Of a stretch of 32,721 nucleotides of DNA, positions 17,152 to 24,460 are shown in pieces. Location: IMG/VR virus record IMGVR_UViG_3300020161_001035, positions 1 to 32,721 of that record; one strand, given 5' to 3'. Position 1 is the stretch's first letter, and each line of letters starts with the position of its first letter. The translations under genes were made by a program, and so were the position numbers. The notes beneath the pieces were generated by a model. That model was given only the letters and a program-made list of their open reading frames with translations. It did not search any database and was not told the DNA's origin. The DNA is from a virus. Its lineage: Duplodnaviria > Caudoviricetes.

Positions 17152-19589
17152 TGAACGAATTAGACGAAAAAACTGGACCAATAAATGAAAAAGGAACTGC
17201 TGGTTCAGGAGTCGGACAAGGCCGCACCATCCCTCAGTCTGGAACTGCACAACAAAAAGGTATCGGCAAAGAAAGTCAACTTTCTAAGATTGCTGCTGCA
17301 GTAAATCCAGGTTCTAAGGTAGAGGCAAATCCTACTGCTACACAATCTATGATCTCAACCTTCATGAAGACATTTGAGGCATCAGCAATTGAGATGCGAG
17401 ATGAAACTAATGATGATCAGAAACAGTTGATCAAAACAATGATCGAAGAGATCACCAAGTTACAGACTAAAAACATGGGCGAGTTCGAGAAAGCAATTGG
17501 TAAGATTGTTGGTATCACAAAAGAATTACAATCCTCGAATAATCCTACGTTACAAAAACTCGGATCTACGATGGAATCTACCGCTCGTGATGAAGCAGTA
17601 AAGGCATCGGGGTACACTCTAACTGGCGAGAAAGATACACTATTAAATCGCCTTGGTCGTTCAGTTGGTATGAACGCTGAAAATGAACCAGTTGAAAAAA
17701 GTGCATCTGGTATCGGAAAACTCACCAAAGGATTTGCGTCTAATTTAGGCAGAGACGTTAAACGTGGTTTCAAGATAGCAGTTGGCGCTGACCCTGATCA
17801 AGAAGGCACTTTCTACAATAATGTAGTCAGATCTGATACAGAAAAGCGCGAAAGGTTGATGACCAGAATAGATTCTGAATCAAATACAGTACAATCTCAA
17901 TCTGTATCTGACCAGTTTAAAAAAGTTATCGAAGAATTCTTCAAAGAGAGCAAATCCGAATCATCCGAAAAAACTTCAAAATCTTCGCCAATTAATAGTG
18001 AGCAACAAGAAGATTCAGCAGGCATTTCCAAGGATGCCACAATTGAAGCATTACAAAAAACTGCTGAATCTAATGTATCAATACAAGAAAATACATCTGA
18101 AACAGTTGATATACTGAAAAAAATACTGGAAAAGATGAATAATATGCCATCTGGTGGCGGCGAAGGTGGCGGCGGATTACCCATGCTAGGCGGCGGATTA
18201 TTAGCTGGAGGATTGCTCGCAGGAGGTGCAAGAGCACTCGGACGAGGCGTAAGAGCAGTTGGTAGAGGAATAGCATCAGGCGCAAGAGCAATTGGATCAG
18301 GTGCCCGATCATTCGGCAGAGCAATATTGGGCGGCGGCAGAGCATTAGCCAGAGGAATCGGATCAGGCGCAAGAGCAATCGCAACAGGTGCCAGAGCAAT
18401 AACAGCGCCGATGGCAATTGCAGGAACTGCTGCAGTTGCTGCAACAGGGTCGATTCTTTACGGTATTGATAAGGGTATTAAGAGTATAAACATCGGGGCG
18501 AGAAAACAACAAGAAGAAGGAACTGCTAAATTCGGTTTAACTGGTAATAACATGGACGGGTTTTTCATTAATGGAAAACCTGCTGGTAAATATAAAGATC
18601 TACCAGAGTATTATCAGAAGGTTTCCGACGGGTATGGTGCCAACAGCAGAGGCGGTGCAGCAGAACGTGCACGCGAATATGTTAAAACTCATAATCCTGA
18701 CGGTAGTCCTAAGATTGAGAAAGATAAGAAAAAATCTACAGCGGAACCAGTCGCAAAACCAAAACCAACTGTTGCTACAACGGTGAAAAAAACAACTACT
18801 AAGTCTGACAAACCAAAGGCAAAAGTAGCATCTGATAAACCAAAAGCAGAGGCAGTAGTTTCTGACAAACCAAAAGCAAAAGTAGAAGCAGTAGTTTCTG
18901 ACAAACCAAAAGCAAAAGTAGAAGCAGTAGTTTCTGACAAACCAAAAGCAAAAGTAGCATCTGATAAACCAAAAGCAGAGGCAGTAGTTTCTGACAAACC
19001 AAAGGCAAAAGTAGAAGCATCTGACAAACCAAAGGCAAAAGCGACAGTAGAAAAATCAAAAGAAGCAGTTAAACCTAAAGCAGCAGAAACTGCCAAGGAA
19101 GCGATCGTCCCAAAGAAAAAGACACAGAAAGTAGATTTTTCTGTAGATAATGTTGATGACTCTATCAAGGGTAAAGTTGCCGAGATAGATCCAGGAGGGT
19201 TTTGGGCAAAACTAAACGATGGAAGAATTGTTGATCCAAGTTTTCCTAAAGATGCAGATCAAAATTATTCCGCGCAAAAAGCATATAAGTTAGGCCAGAA
19301 AGCAGGTACGATTGAGAGCAAGGGCAATCAAACAGGCGATCAAATGGCGCCGAAGAAAACGACTGGTAAAACTGAAACTGGAACGAATATAGATGGTGCT
19401 ATAATTGAGAAAGGAACTGCAGACACTAAAGAGAAAATGCAAGTGAATGTTCCGCCACCAACAGTTATCAATCAAGGTGGCAAAGGTGGAGAAGCACCTC
19501 CGCAAATAACCTTCCCAGGAGGCGTAGCAAATGTCAGATCAAATGATCCTACATGGTTACGATTCCAAGATAAAAGAGCAACTTCATAA
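17151..19589 (+). CDS. Probable tape-measure / hub protein (gp29-like)
   Basis: 812 aa directly after gp26/gp51; helical N-terminal half, G/A/R amphipathic repeats plus a hydrophobic stretch, and a C-terminal VNVPPPTVINQ...VRSNDPT of the kind seen in T4-like tape measures. Call rests mostly on position and composition. Confidence 0.65.
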   Translation: MNELDEKTGPINEKGTAGSGVGQGRTIPQSGTAQQKGIGKESQLSKIAAAVNPGSKVEANPTATQSMISTFMKTFEASAIEMRDETNDDQKQLIKTMIEEITKLQTKNMGEFEKAIGKIVGITKELQSSNNPTLQKLGSTMESTARDEAVKASGYTLTGEKDTLLNRLGRSVGMNAENEPVEKSASGIGKLTKGFASNLGRDVKRGFKIAVGADPDQEGTFYNNVVRSDTEKRERLMTRIDSESNTVQSQSVSDQFKKVIEEFFKESKSESSEKTSKSSPINSEQQEDSAGISKDATIEALQKTAESNVSIQENTSETVDILKKILEKMNNMPSGGGEGGGGLPMLGGGLLAGGLLAGGARALGRGVRAVGRGIASGARAIGSGARSFGRAILGGGRALARGIGSGARAIATGARAITAPMAIAGTAAVAATGSILYGIDKGIKSINIGARKQQEEGTAKFGLTGNNMDGFFINGKPAGKYKDLPEYYQKVSDGYGANSRGGAAERAREYVKTHNPDGSPKIEKDKKKSTAEPVAKPKPTVATTVKKTTTKSDKPKAKVASDKPKAEAVVSDKPKAKVEAVVSDKPKAKVEAVVSDKPKAKVASDKPKAEAVVSDKPKAKVEASDKPKAKATVEKSKEAVKPKAAETAKEAIVPKKKTQKVDFSVDNVDDSIKGKVAEIDPGGFWAKLNDGRIVDPSFPKDADQNYSAQKAYKLGQKAGTIESKGNQTGDQMAPKKTTGKTETGTNIDGAIIEKGTADTKEKMQVNVPPPTVINQGGKGGEAPPQITFPGGVANVRSNDPTWLRFQDKRATS
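18804..19040 (+). repeat. Eight tandem variable-length SDKPKA-based coding repeats
   Basis: Units of 27, 30, 36, 36, 27, 30 and 30 nt plus a partial unit; core tctga(c/t)aaaccaaa(a/g)gca. Confidence 0.95.
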
Positions 19590-19594
19590 TGAAA

Positions 19595-19624
19595 TGGGGG
19601 AGCGAAACGCTCCCCCAAGTTTTT
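19595..19624. terminator. Intrinsic terminator between the convergent tape-measure and gp32 genes, probably bidirectional
   Basis: TGGGGGAGCG-AAA-CGCTCCCCCA perfect 10-bp stem; AG then a T run follows on the plus strand, and TTT follows on the minus strand. Confidence 0.85.
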
Positions 19625-20546
19625 AGTCATCAGCGAGACTCGAGAAGTAACTCATCGTGTCATCGTCACTGTCTTCTTTCCATGGTGCTGAGTCATCCGT
19701 TGCCTTAGCAGCAGGTGCATTGCGCATCTTGGTTTCAACAAACAGTTCGTCCTCGGCATCAAGCGGATTAACCTTTTCCGCAGTTGCCATACGAGCACCA
19801 CCTGATAGAACAGTATTCATCTTCGCCTTCAGTTCATCATATGACTTGAAGTTCGAAGGATCTAGGAAAGTGGCAAGCGAATGCGCACCCTTCCAGACCT
19901 GCTCCAACTTATCCTCATCTTCATCAAGAGGAGTTGGACCATCAAACTCTGACTTATCGTAGTTACGATAACCTTCAACCTGACGAATGCGCAACTTGAA
20001 GTTAGCACCTTCCCAAAGGTCGAATGGGTTGACTGGTTTCTCATCTTCAAAGGTTGGTTGCATTACATCCTTGATCTTGTCAAAGATTTTCTTACCATAC
20101 TTGTAGAGGAAAACCTTACCTTCATTTGCAGGATTTGCTGGGTCACGAATCACTAGAATGTTGGAGATATAGGAAAGACGACGCTTTTGCTTACGAGCGA
20201 TTTCCTTATTCGCTTCGATACCTGAGTTCCAAAGTTCGGAATTCAGTTCGCCGACGGGATCTGGTTTGTTGATTGTGGTCAACGAGTTTTCGATATACCA
20301 CTTTCCAGTTGGTCCCTGGAAACCATGATCAAAGACGCGAACCCAAGGAAGTTCCTCACCAGAAGGTGCAGGGAGAAAGCGAAGAACTGCTTGACCATTA
20401 CCTGCCTTATCGACAGTTGGTTTCCAGAAGCGATCGTCGTCGCCACGCTTTTCATTTGATGGGTTTGCGATTGACTCAACCGCTTTCATGAGTGAGTCAA
20501 AGTTTCCGCGATTCTTGCGGAGTTCTGATAGTGTATTATTTGACAT
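19623..20546 (-). CDS. gp32: Single-stranded DNA-binding protein gp32
   Basis: DDRFWKPTVDKAGNGQAVLRFLP, HGFQGPTGKWYIENSLTT, GKVFLYKYGKKIFDKI, NPFDLWEGANFKL, RNYDKSEF; acidic tail. Confidence 0.97.
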   Translation of the reverse strand: MSNNTLSELRKNRGNFDSLMKAVESIANPSNEKRGDDDRFWKPTVDKAGNGQAVLRFLPAPSGEELPWVRVFDHGFQGPTGKWYIENSLTTINKPDPVGELNSELWNSGIEANKEIARKQKRRLSYISNILVIRDPANPANEGKVFLYKYGKKIFDKIKDVMQPTFEDEKPVNPFDLWEGANFKLRIRQVEGYRNYDKSEFDGPTPLDEDEDKLEQVWKGAHSLATFLDPSNFKSYDELKAKMNTVLSGGARMATAEKVNPLDAEDELFVETKMRNAPAAKATDDSAPWKEDSDDDTMSYFSSLADD

Positions 20547-20547
20547 A

Positions 20548-20598
20548 TGTATTGTCCTTATATTTGCGTTGTATGTTTATATTAGCGTTGTGTATTGT
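20548..20598 (-). promoter_or_regulatory. Candidate gp32 translational operator (A/C-rich direct repeats over the RBS)
   Basis: ACACAACGCTAATATAA and ATACAACGCAAATATAA (15/17 identical) plus ACAATACA twice, overlapping the SD AAGGA. Confidence 0.55.
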
Positions 20599-20749
20599 AT
20601 TCATCATAGTCATCATACTCATCTGTATCATGCCTACTAGAGTATTTATACAGGTTCTTACGGTGCTTGTTTGATTTATCAACACCTTTTCGTACTTCTT
20701 TTACTCGGGGTTCAGACCCGTAGTAGTCTTTACTTCTTGAGTTACTCAT
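20582..20749 (-). CDS. Hypothetical 55-aa protein (basic middle, acidic/Tyr C-terminus)
   Basis: Not in the track. MSNSRSKDYYGSEPRVKEVRKGVDKSNKHRKNLYKYSSRHDTDEYDDYDEYNTQR; the ATG immediately follows the gp59 TAG. Confidence 0.75.
   Translation of the reverse strand: MSNSRSKDYYGSEPRVKEVRKGVDKSNKHRKNLYKYSSRHDTDEYDDYDEYNTQR
20643..20650 (-). promoter_or_regulatory. Late promoter TATAAATA upstream of gp32
   Basis: Exact consensus about 100 nt before the gp32 ATG, inside the 55-aa ORF. Confidence 0.6.
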
Positions 20750-21352
20750 CTAACAGACCACTTGGCCTTTCTCCTTATTCCATAGTTCAAAGAATTTTGT
20801 TCGATCTATACGAACGAACGGACGGTACTTAATTATCAAAAGATTTAAATCATTCCAGATAAAATCGTTCAACAATTCAGTATTTACATTATACCTGAAA
20901 TCTAGTAGTTTGTCAAGTATAATAACTGTTTCTAGTGAAATTTTTTTTCCAAGTAACATCTTTATTAATATTGGATGCTGATTGTTGTAAGACAATAAAG
21001 GATCTTGCTCTGACTTCTCTGCTTCTACGAGTAAACGACCAATATCATCTGTGAACATGTATGACAATCTATCTTGTCTACCTTTCCACTTCTCATAGAT
21101 GTCGTCAGAATCTGCATTAAAGATGCCGCCGTTTGTATCACCTGCTGCAAAGTTTGCAACGAAGTAGTTGATAATCTCTTGACGAGCGACGAATTTCTTC
21201 GCCAGTTTCCTGAATAGGAAAACATCTCTCCGTTTTAAGAAGGCAGATTCTGACGACTTGACAGCACCCTTAGTAACGGTGATGTCATATGACGCTGTAG
21301 TGAAATGTAGTTTAAGTGCCATGTAGAGGCGATAAACTTCATACGCTTCCAT
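20750..21352 (-). CDS. gp59: Helicase loader gp59
   Basis: YRLYMALKLHFT...YD, FLKRRD...FRKLAKK, YFVANF, HPILIK...KKISLET, KYRPF. Confidence 0.92.
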   Translation of the reverse strand: MEAYEVYRLYMALKLHFTTASYDITVTKGAVKSSESAFLKRRDVFLFRKLAKKFVARQEIINYFVANFAAGDTNGGIFNADSDDIYEKWKGRQDRLSYMFTDDIGRLLVEAEKSEQDPLLSYNNQHPILIKMLLGKKISLETVIILDKLLDFRYNVNTELLNDFIWNDLNLLIIKYRPFVRIDRTKFFELWNKEKGQVVC

Positions 21353-21627
21353 TAAAGTGGTAATTTCCCGCCAGATTTACGCTTTAGCATATTTAGTTCT
21401 TCTGCTTCTGCTCGAATCTTTTCTTTCAGAGAAGTGGTGAGTAATACAGCAACTGACTCCATCTCAATATCTTTTTTGATACAATAATCAAGAAGAATAT
21501 CCAAACAAGGAATACCATTCTCGAATGATTGTTTCTCTATGAATTGAGAGAACTCAGTTGCTGAATTATACTCTTTTGTAATTAAAAATTCATTGGTTAC
21601 TTCAGAACCATCCATTACCATGTTCAA
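21352..21627 (-). CDS. gp33: Late transcription coactivator gp33
   Basis: FSQFIEK...LDILLDYC...IEMESVAVLL...LKEKIRAEAEELNMLK...KLPL; adjacent to gp59. Confidence 0.88.
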   Translation of the reverse strand: MNMVMDGSEVTNEFLITKEYNSATEFSQFIEKQSFENGIPCLDILLDYCIKKDIEMESVAVLLTTSLKEKIRAEAEELNMLKRKSGGKLPL

Positions 21628-21632
21628 AGTTA

Positions 21633-22238
21633 TTATCCTGCATAAAAAATGTGATCACCGATTTTCGCAACACGCTTCAGATTCCATCTTGGATTAACAT
21701 AATCCGCATGGTAGAATAGCACGTTACGTCCAAGTATACCCTGATTTGCCCCAGAAAGCAATACTTTTTCAGCAACTTTTTTAGATTCTGAATATTGCTG
21801 GGCACTACGCACAGTCTTATTACCTTCGCATACCCATGAGAACTGGCAAACACGCTTTGTTCTCTGATACACGACTGCGCATACAGACTTCGGGAACTTG
21901 GGACTTTTTACGCGATTGATAGTTACTGCAGCAACCGCCAACTTTCCTTGAGTTGACTGGTTTCCTGCCTCGTAGTAAATATTGTCTGCTAGACATTTCA
22001 ATTCGCGATTATTTGCTAAATGTATATTTTGGGTTTCAATTTTTCTTAATGCGGTTTTCTTTTTTTCTTCTGCCGCATCTTCTTTAATCTCTTGGATTAC
22101 TTCTACAAAGCCGAGGGAATATTCCCTCGTATCTCTCTCGATAGCATCTTCAGCATATGAATTGATTCCATATAAACTATATACTAATACTGTAAAAATC
22201 GAAAGAAACTTGAAAAACTTCTTGTTAAAGGAAGTCAT
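21633..22238 (-). CDS. SleB/CwlJ-like cell wall hydrolase (Hydrolase_2) with an N-terminal signal/anchor
   Basis: CLADNIYYEAGNQ, AVAAVTINRV, FPKSVCAVVYQ, CQFSW, LFYHADYVNPRW, IGDHIFY; K-rich then hydrophobic N-terminus. Confidence 0.93.
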   Translation of the reverse strand: MTSFNKKFFKFLSIFTVLVYSLYGINSYAEDAIERDTREYSLGFVEVIQEIKEDAAEEKKKTALRKIETQNIHLANNRELKCLADNIYYEAGNQSTQGKLAVAAVTINRVKSPKFPKSVCAVVYQRTKRVCQFSWVCEGNKTVRSAQQYSESKKVAEKVLLSGANQGILGRNVLFYHADYVNPRWNLKRVAKIGDHIFYAG

Positions 22239-22277
22239 CTTATTTCCTAGTACTTGTTAAACTTGAGAGGGTATTAT

Positions 22278-22357
22278 CCAGTGACTCCCCACACTGGTGT
22301 CCGAAGACAAAAAAACCTACTATGCGTGCTTTTTCAAGTAGAGGCGTAGTAGGTCAT
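22278..22357 (-). other. Structured leader of the SleB gene: 7-aa mini-ORF, terminator-like hairpin, C(UUCG)G hairpin, third hairpin
   Basis: Mini-ORF 22357-22334 (MTYYAST); ACCTACTA/TAGTAGGT stem (22315-22354) plus a U run; TGTC-TTCG-GACA (22298-22309); CCAGTG/CACTGG (22278-22297). Confidence 0.55.
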
Positions 22358-22362
22358 GCAAA

Positions 22363-22370
22363 TATTTATA
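22363..22370 (-). promoter_or_regulatory. Late promoter TATAAATA upstream of the SleB gene
   Basis: Exact consensus on the minus strand. Confidence 0.75.
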
Positions 22371-22414
22371 AGTGCAGAACCGCAGTGAAACTCGGTCCAC
22401 CTTCTTACTAGAAC

Positions 22415-22652
22415 GGTTGATAGTTTTATTCTGTTTCGAGGAAAAACTATCAAAAACCCAATGCTAGCTTAAGCAGCTAGAGCAAAGGCAACGTTATCGT
22501 TTGCATTTACAGTTTGTGGCGCTTTGCCAGTCAATTAGTCTCGGTATTCCTATTACACGAAAATCGATATCCAGGTCACCCCCATAGATGGTGGAGGTGG
22601 AGGGAGTCGAACCCTCGTCTTTCCGCTTTTATTGTCAACTGTCATCAACTAA
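22415..22652 (-). ncRNA. ssrA: tmRNA, circularly permuted (two-piece) gene; outer ends approximate
   Basis: Acceptor piece first: GAC-GAGGG TTCGACT CCCTC-CACCTCC-A-CCA (ends 22589); 5-nt spacer TCTAT; coding piece starts GGGGGTGACCTGGATATCGA (22583). GGGGGTG pairs with CACCTCC with a G3.U70 wobble. Tag frame 22504-22469 reads ANDNVAFALAA-stop; an 11-bp hairpin follows (22417-22453). Confidence 0.95.
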
Positions 22653-22657
22653 TATAC

Positions 22658-22688
22658 TATTTATACTATAGTTTTGTTTAGAAGTCAA
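22658..22688 (-). promoter_or_regulatory. Composite sigma70 and late promoter of the tmRNA gene
   Basis: TTGACT-17 nt-TATAAA; the -10 box is part of an exact TATAAATA. Confidence 0.8.
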
Positions 22689-22693
22689 GTGTT

Positions 22694-22888
22694 TTATGCT
22701 TCCCAAGGAAGTTTTTTTCCTACTGACCCCCACTTACCAATGGGACAGGATGCACGATTCAGTTTAGTTTTTGCTGGCATGAGGCAACCACATTTCATGC
22801 ACAGTTTTGCCTTTAAAAACTCGCACTGCCTACAAATTTCCATCCGTTGTTCGGACAGTTCACTCACTGGTATAATACCCATTTTCAT
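22694..22888 (-). CDS. Small Cys-rich, probably metal-binding protein; start uncertain
   Basis: RMEICRQCEFL...CMKCGC...KTKL...SCPIGKW, a pattern I recall from small phage proteins; overlaps the exonuclease stop. Confidence 0.8.
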   Translation of the reverse strand: MKMGIIPVSELSEQRMEICRQCEFLKAKLCMKCGCLMPAKTKLNRASCPIGKWGSVGKKLPWEA

Positions 22889-23543
22889 AATAGTCGCGAG
22901 TGCGAAGAAGTTTCTTCACCCAGTCGTCGCGCTTTTCGATGAATACCTGAGGAACATCATCTTCAACTGCGATTAGGATTACCAACCACGGAACAGGAAT
23001 ACCAGTACGTTCTTCATACATGATAGCATATGCTGCTGTCTGCATGAAGTAACTCTCGATGTAGGATTTCGACTTAGACTTGTTGGAAGTCTTAAAATCA
23101 ATAACAGCACGTTTACCATTATACTCAGCAATACAGTCGACACGACCTGCCATACGCAGATGATCACTATAGAGTGCAAGTTCCTGACAATGAATATTGC
23201 TGATTGGTTCTAAGATAGGTTTAAACTTGTTAAACATCTCAACGTCGAGCATAGACGCTTTGACTTCATCAATCTTGTCACTAACATTTTCGTTCTTAAG
23301 ATACGTTTCGGTTAGCGTGTGAATCTTGGTTCCGCGAGTTGATGCTTTACTTGAGATTTTATTTGCTTCTTCTTCGCCAACACGCTTTCGCCAAGCAGCG
23401 ATAGAGTCGCGGGAGAGAACTCCTAGAACGGTGGTGGCAGAAGGATATGCAACGCCACTGGCATTTACATAAACTCTACCACCATCTTCGCTCGTAGTTG
23501 ATTGGGCAAAATCTTCATATTCATATATTGTTTCAAACATCAT
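22860..23543 (-). CDS. PD-(D/E)xK family exonuclease
   Basis: YPSATTVL, WRKRVG, RGTKIH, AGRVDCIAEY...VIDFKTS, YFMQTAAYA. Confidence 0.9.
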   Translation of the reverse strand: MMFETIYEYEDFAQSTTSEDGGRVYVNASGVAYPSATTVLGVLSRDSIAAWRKRVGEEEANKISSKASTRGTKIHTLTETYLKNENVSDKIDEVKASMLDVEMFNKFKPILEPISNIHCQELALYSDHLRMAGRVDCIAEYNGKRAVIDFKTSNKSKSKSYIESYFMQTAAYAIMYEERTGIPVPWLVILIAVEDDVPQVFIEKRDDWVKKLLRTRDYYENGYYTSE

Positions 23544-23549
23544 ATATCC

Positions 23550-23577
23550 ATTATACTATAATTGACAGAAAAGTCAA
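23550..23577 (-). promoter_or_regulatory. sigma70-type early promoter of the exonuclease
   Basis: TTGACT-16 nt-TATAAT; shares TTGACTT...TATAGTATAA with the tmRNA promoter. Confidence 0.8.
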
Positions 23578-23581
23578 GCCC

Positions 23582-24334
23582 TTAATTATGTTTTTCTTCG
23601 TATTCTAGACGAGCAAGGATATATTCCTTTACAAGTTTTGACCTGACAATATCATTCACGGAAAATTCAACCGTCTTGAATGATGGCATCATGTCAGCAA
23701 TTGCGATAAACTTTTGCAACCCTGACATGTCGTTCTTTTTATTTAGGTCGGTTTGACGGAAGTCTCCGCAGAAGATAATCTTGGAGTTCTTACCAATACG
23801 AGTCATAATAGAGTTGAGTTCCATGTCAGTCATGTTCTGACATTCGTCAACAATGATCACTGAATTATCAAGTGTGATACCACGCACGAACGAGGTGATT
23901 AGGAAATGAACGGTCTTTTGCTCCTGCATGCGCAGGAAGGGTTGAATGTGATTGAACAAGTCATCACAAATCTCAACATATGGTAAAGTATAGACCTCTG
24001 TTTTTTCCTTCTCGTCACCTGGAAGGTGTCCGATATCTCTTGATGGTACTGCTGAACGCACAACAACAAGACGTTCATAATCTGTTGTTGGATCCAGAAC
24101 TTCTTCAAGTGCTTTATACATGGAAATAAAAGTTTTGCCTGTTCCTGCTACCCCATGTAGTAGCATTGCAGTGGACTGTTGATTATATAGATCGAAGAAG
24201 AGTCGTTGATTCTGTGTCTTAGGTTGAATATTTCGTAGATCCTCATATTTAACTTTGCACAGTTTACTCTTTTCAATTGTTACCTTTGGTTCAGAATTCG
24301 ATACAACTTGGAGATTGTTTTTTCTTCTCGTCAT
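23582..24334 (-). CDS. phoH: PhoH-like ATPase
   Basis: GVAGTGKT, RSAVPSRDIGHLPG, FVRGITLDN, IVDECQN, TRIG, GDFRQTDL, DIVRSKLVK. Confidence 0.95.
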   Translation of the reverse strand: MTRRKNNLQVVSNSEPKVTIEKSKLCKVKYEDLRNIQPKTQNQRLFFDLYNQQSTAMLLHGVAGTGKTFISMYKALEEVLDPTTDYERLVVVRSAVPSRDIGHLPGDEKEKTEVYTLPYVEICDDLFNHIQPFLRMQEQKTVHFLITSFVRGITLDNSVIIVDECQNMTDMELNSIMTRIGKNSKIIFCGDFRQTDLNKKNDMSGLQKFIAIADMMPSFKTVEFSVNDIVRSKLVKEYILARLEYEEKHN

Positions 24335-24365
24335 GAACAGTCCTTATTCTTACTAGAGTGAATAC

Positions 24366-24399
24366 AAAAAAGGCGACGCCACCTACAGGTGAAGTCGCC
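24366..24399 (-). terminator. Intrinsic terminator upstream of phoH
   Basis: GGCGAC-TT-CACC-TGTA-GGTG-GC-GTCGCC followed by TTTTTT. Confidence 0.8.
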
Positions 24400-24404
24400 G
24401 TTTG

Positions 24405-24455
24405 TTACCGAGGGAGTTCGGTATCTGAAATGGGGATTGGTTCTTTTGTTCTCAT
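24405..24455 (-). CDS. Candidate leader mini-ORF, 16 aa (MRTKEPIPISDTELPR)
   Basis: ATG 5 nt after AATAAATA (24468-24461); stop 5 nt before the terminator stem. Confidence 0.4.
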   Translation of the reverse strand: MRTKEPIPISDTELPR

Positions 24456-24460
24456 GTTAG

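Noticed and set aside
18804-19040. CRISPR-like array
   Set aside because: Units are multiples of 3 nt, lie in frame within a gene and have no unique spacers.
7774-19237. Invertible segment bounded by the 20-nt inverted repeat
   Set aside because: No invertase is visible, the identity is explained by the shared protein module, and inversion would scramble two probably essential genes.
17417-19505. Minus-strand ORFs inside the tape-measure gene, such as 18689-19168
   Set aside because: Antisense shadows of repetitive coding sequence with no independent support.
22577-22620. Possible tRNA gene (T-arm, acceptor stem, CCA)
   Set aside because: No anticodon arm; the 5' acceptor strand lies downstream and leads into a tag reading frame, so this is a permuted tmRNA.
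22589-22620. tmRNA 3' end as an integration site (attP) or prophage boundary
   Set aside because: No integrase or duplicated end in the window; phage genes continue on both sides and the RNA gene is complete with its promoter.
22860-23543. Cas4 / CRISPR-associated nuclease
   Set aside because: Lacks the four-Cys cluster motif and has no array or cas genes nearby; it fits the ordinary exonuclease of T4-like phages.
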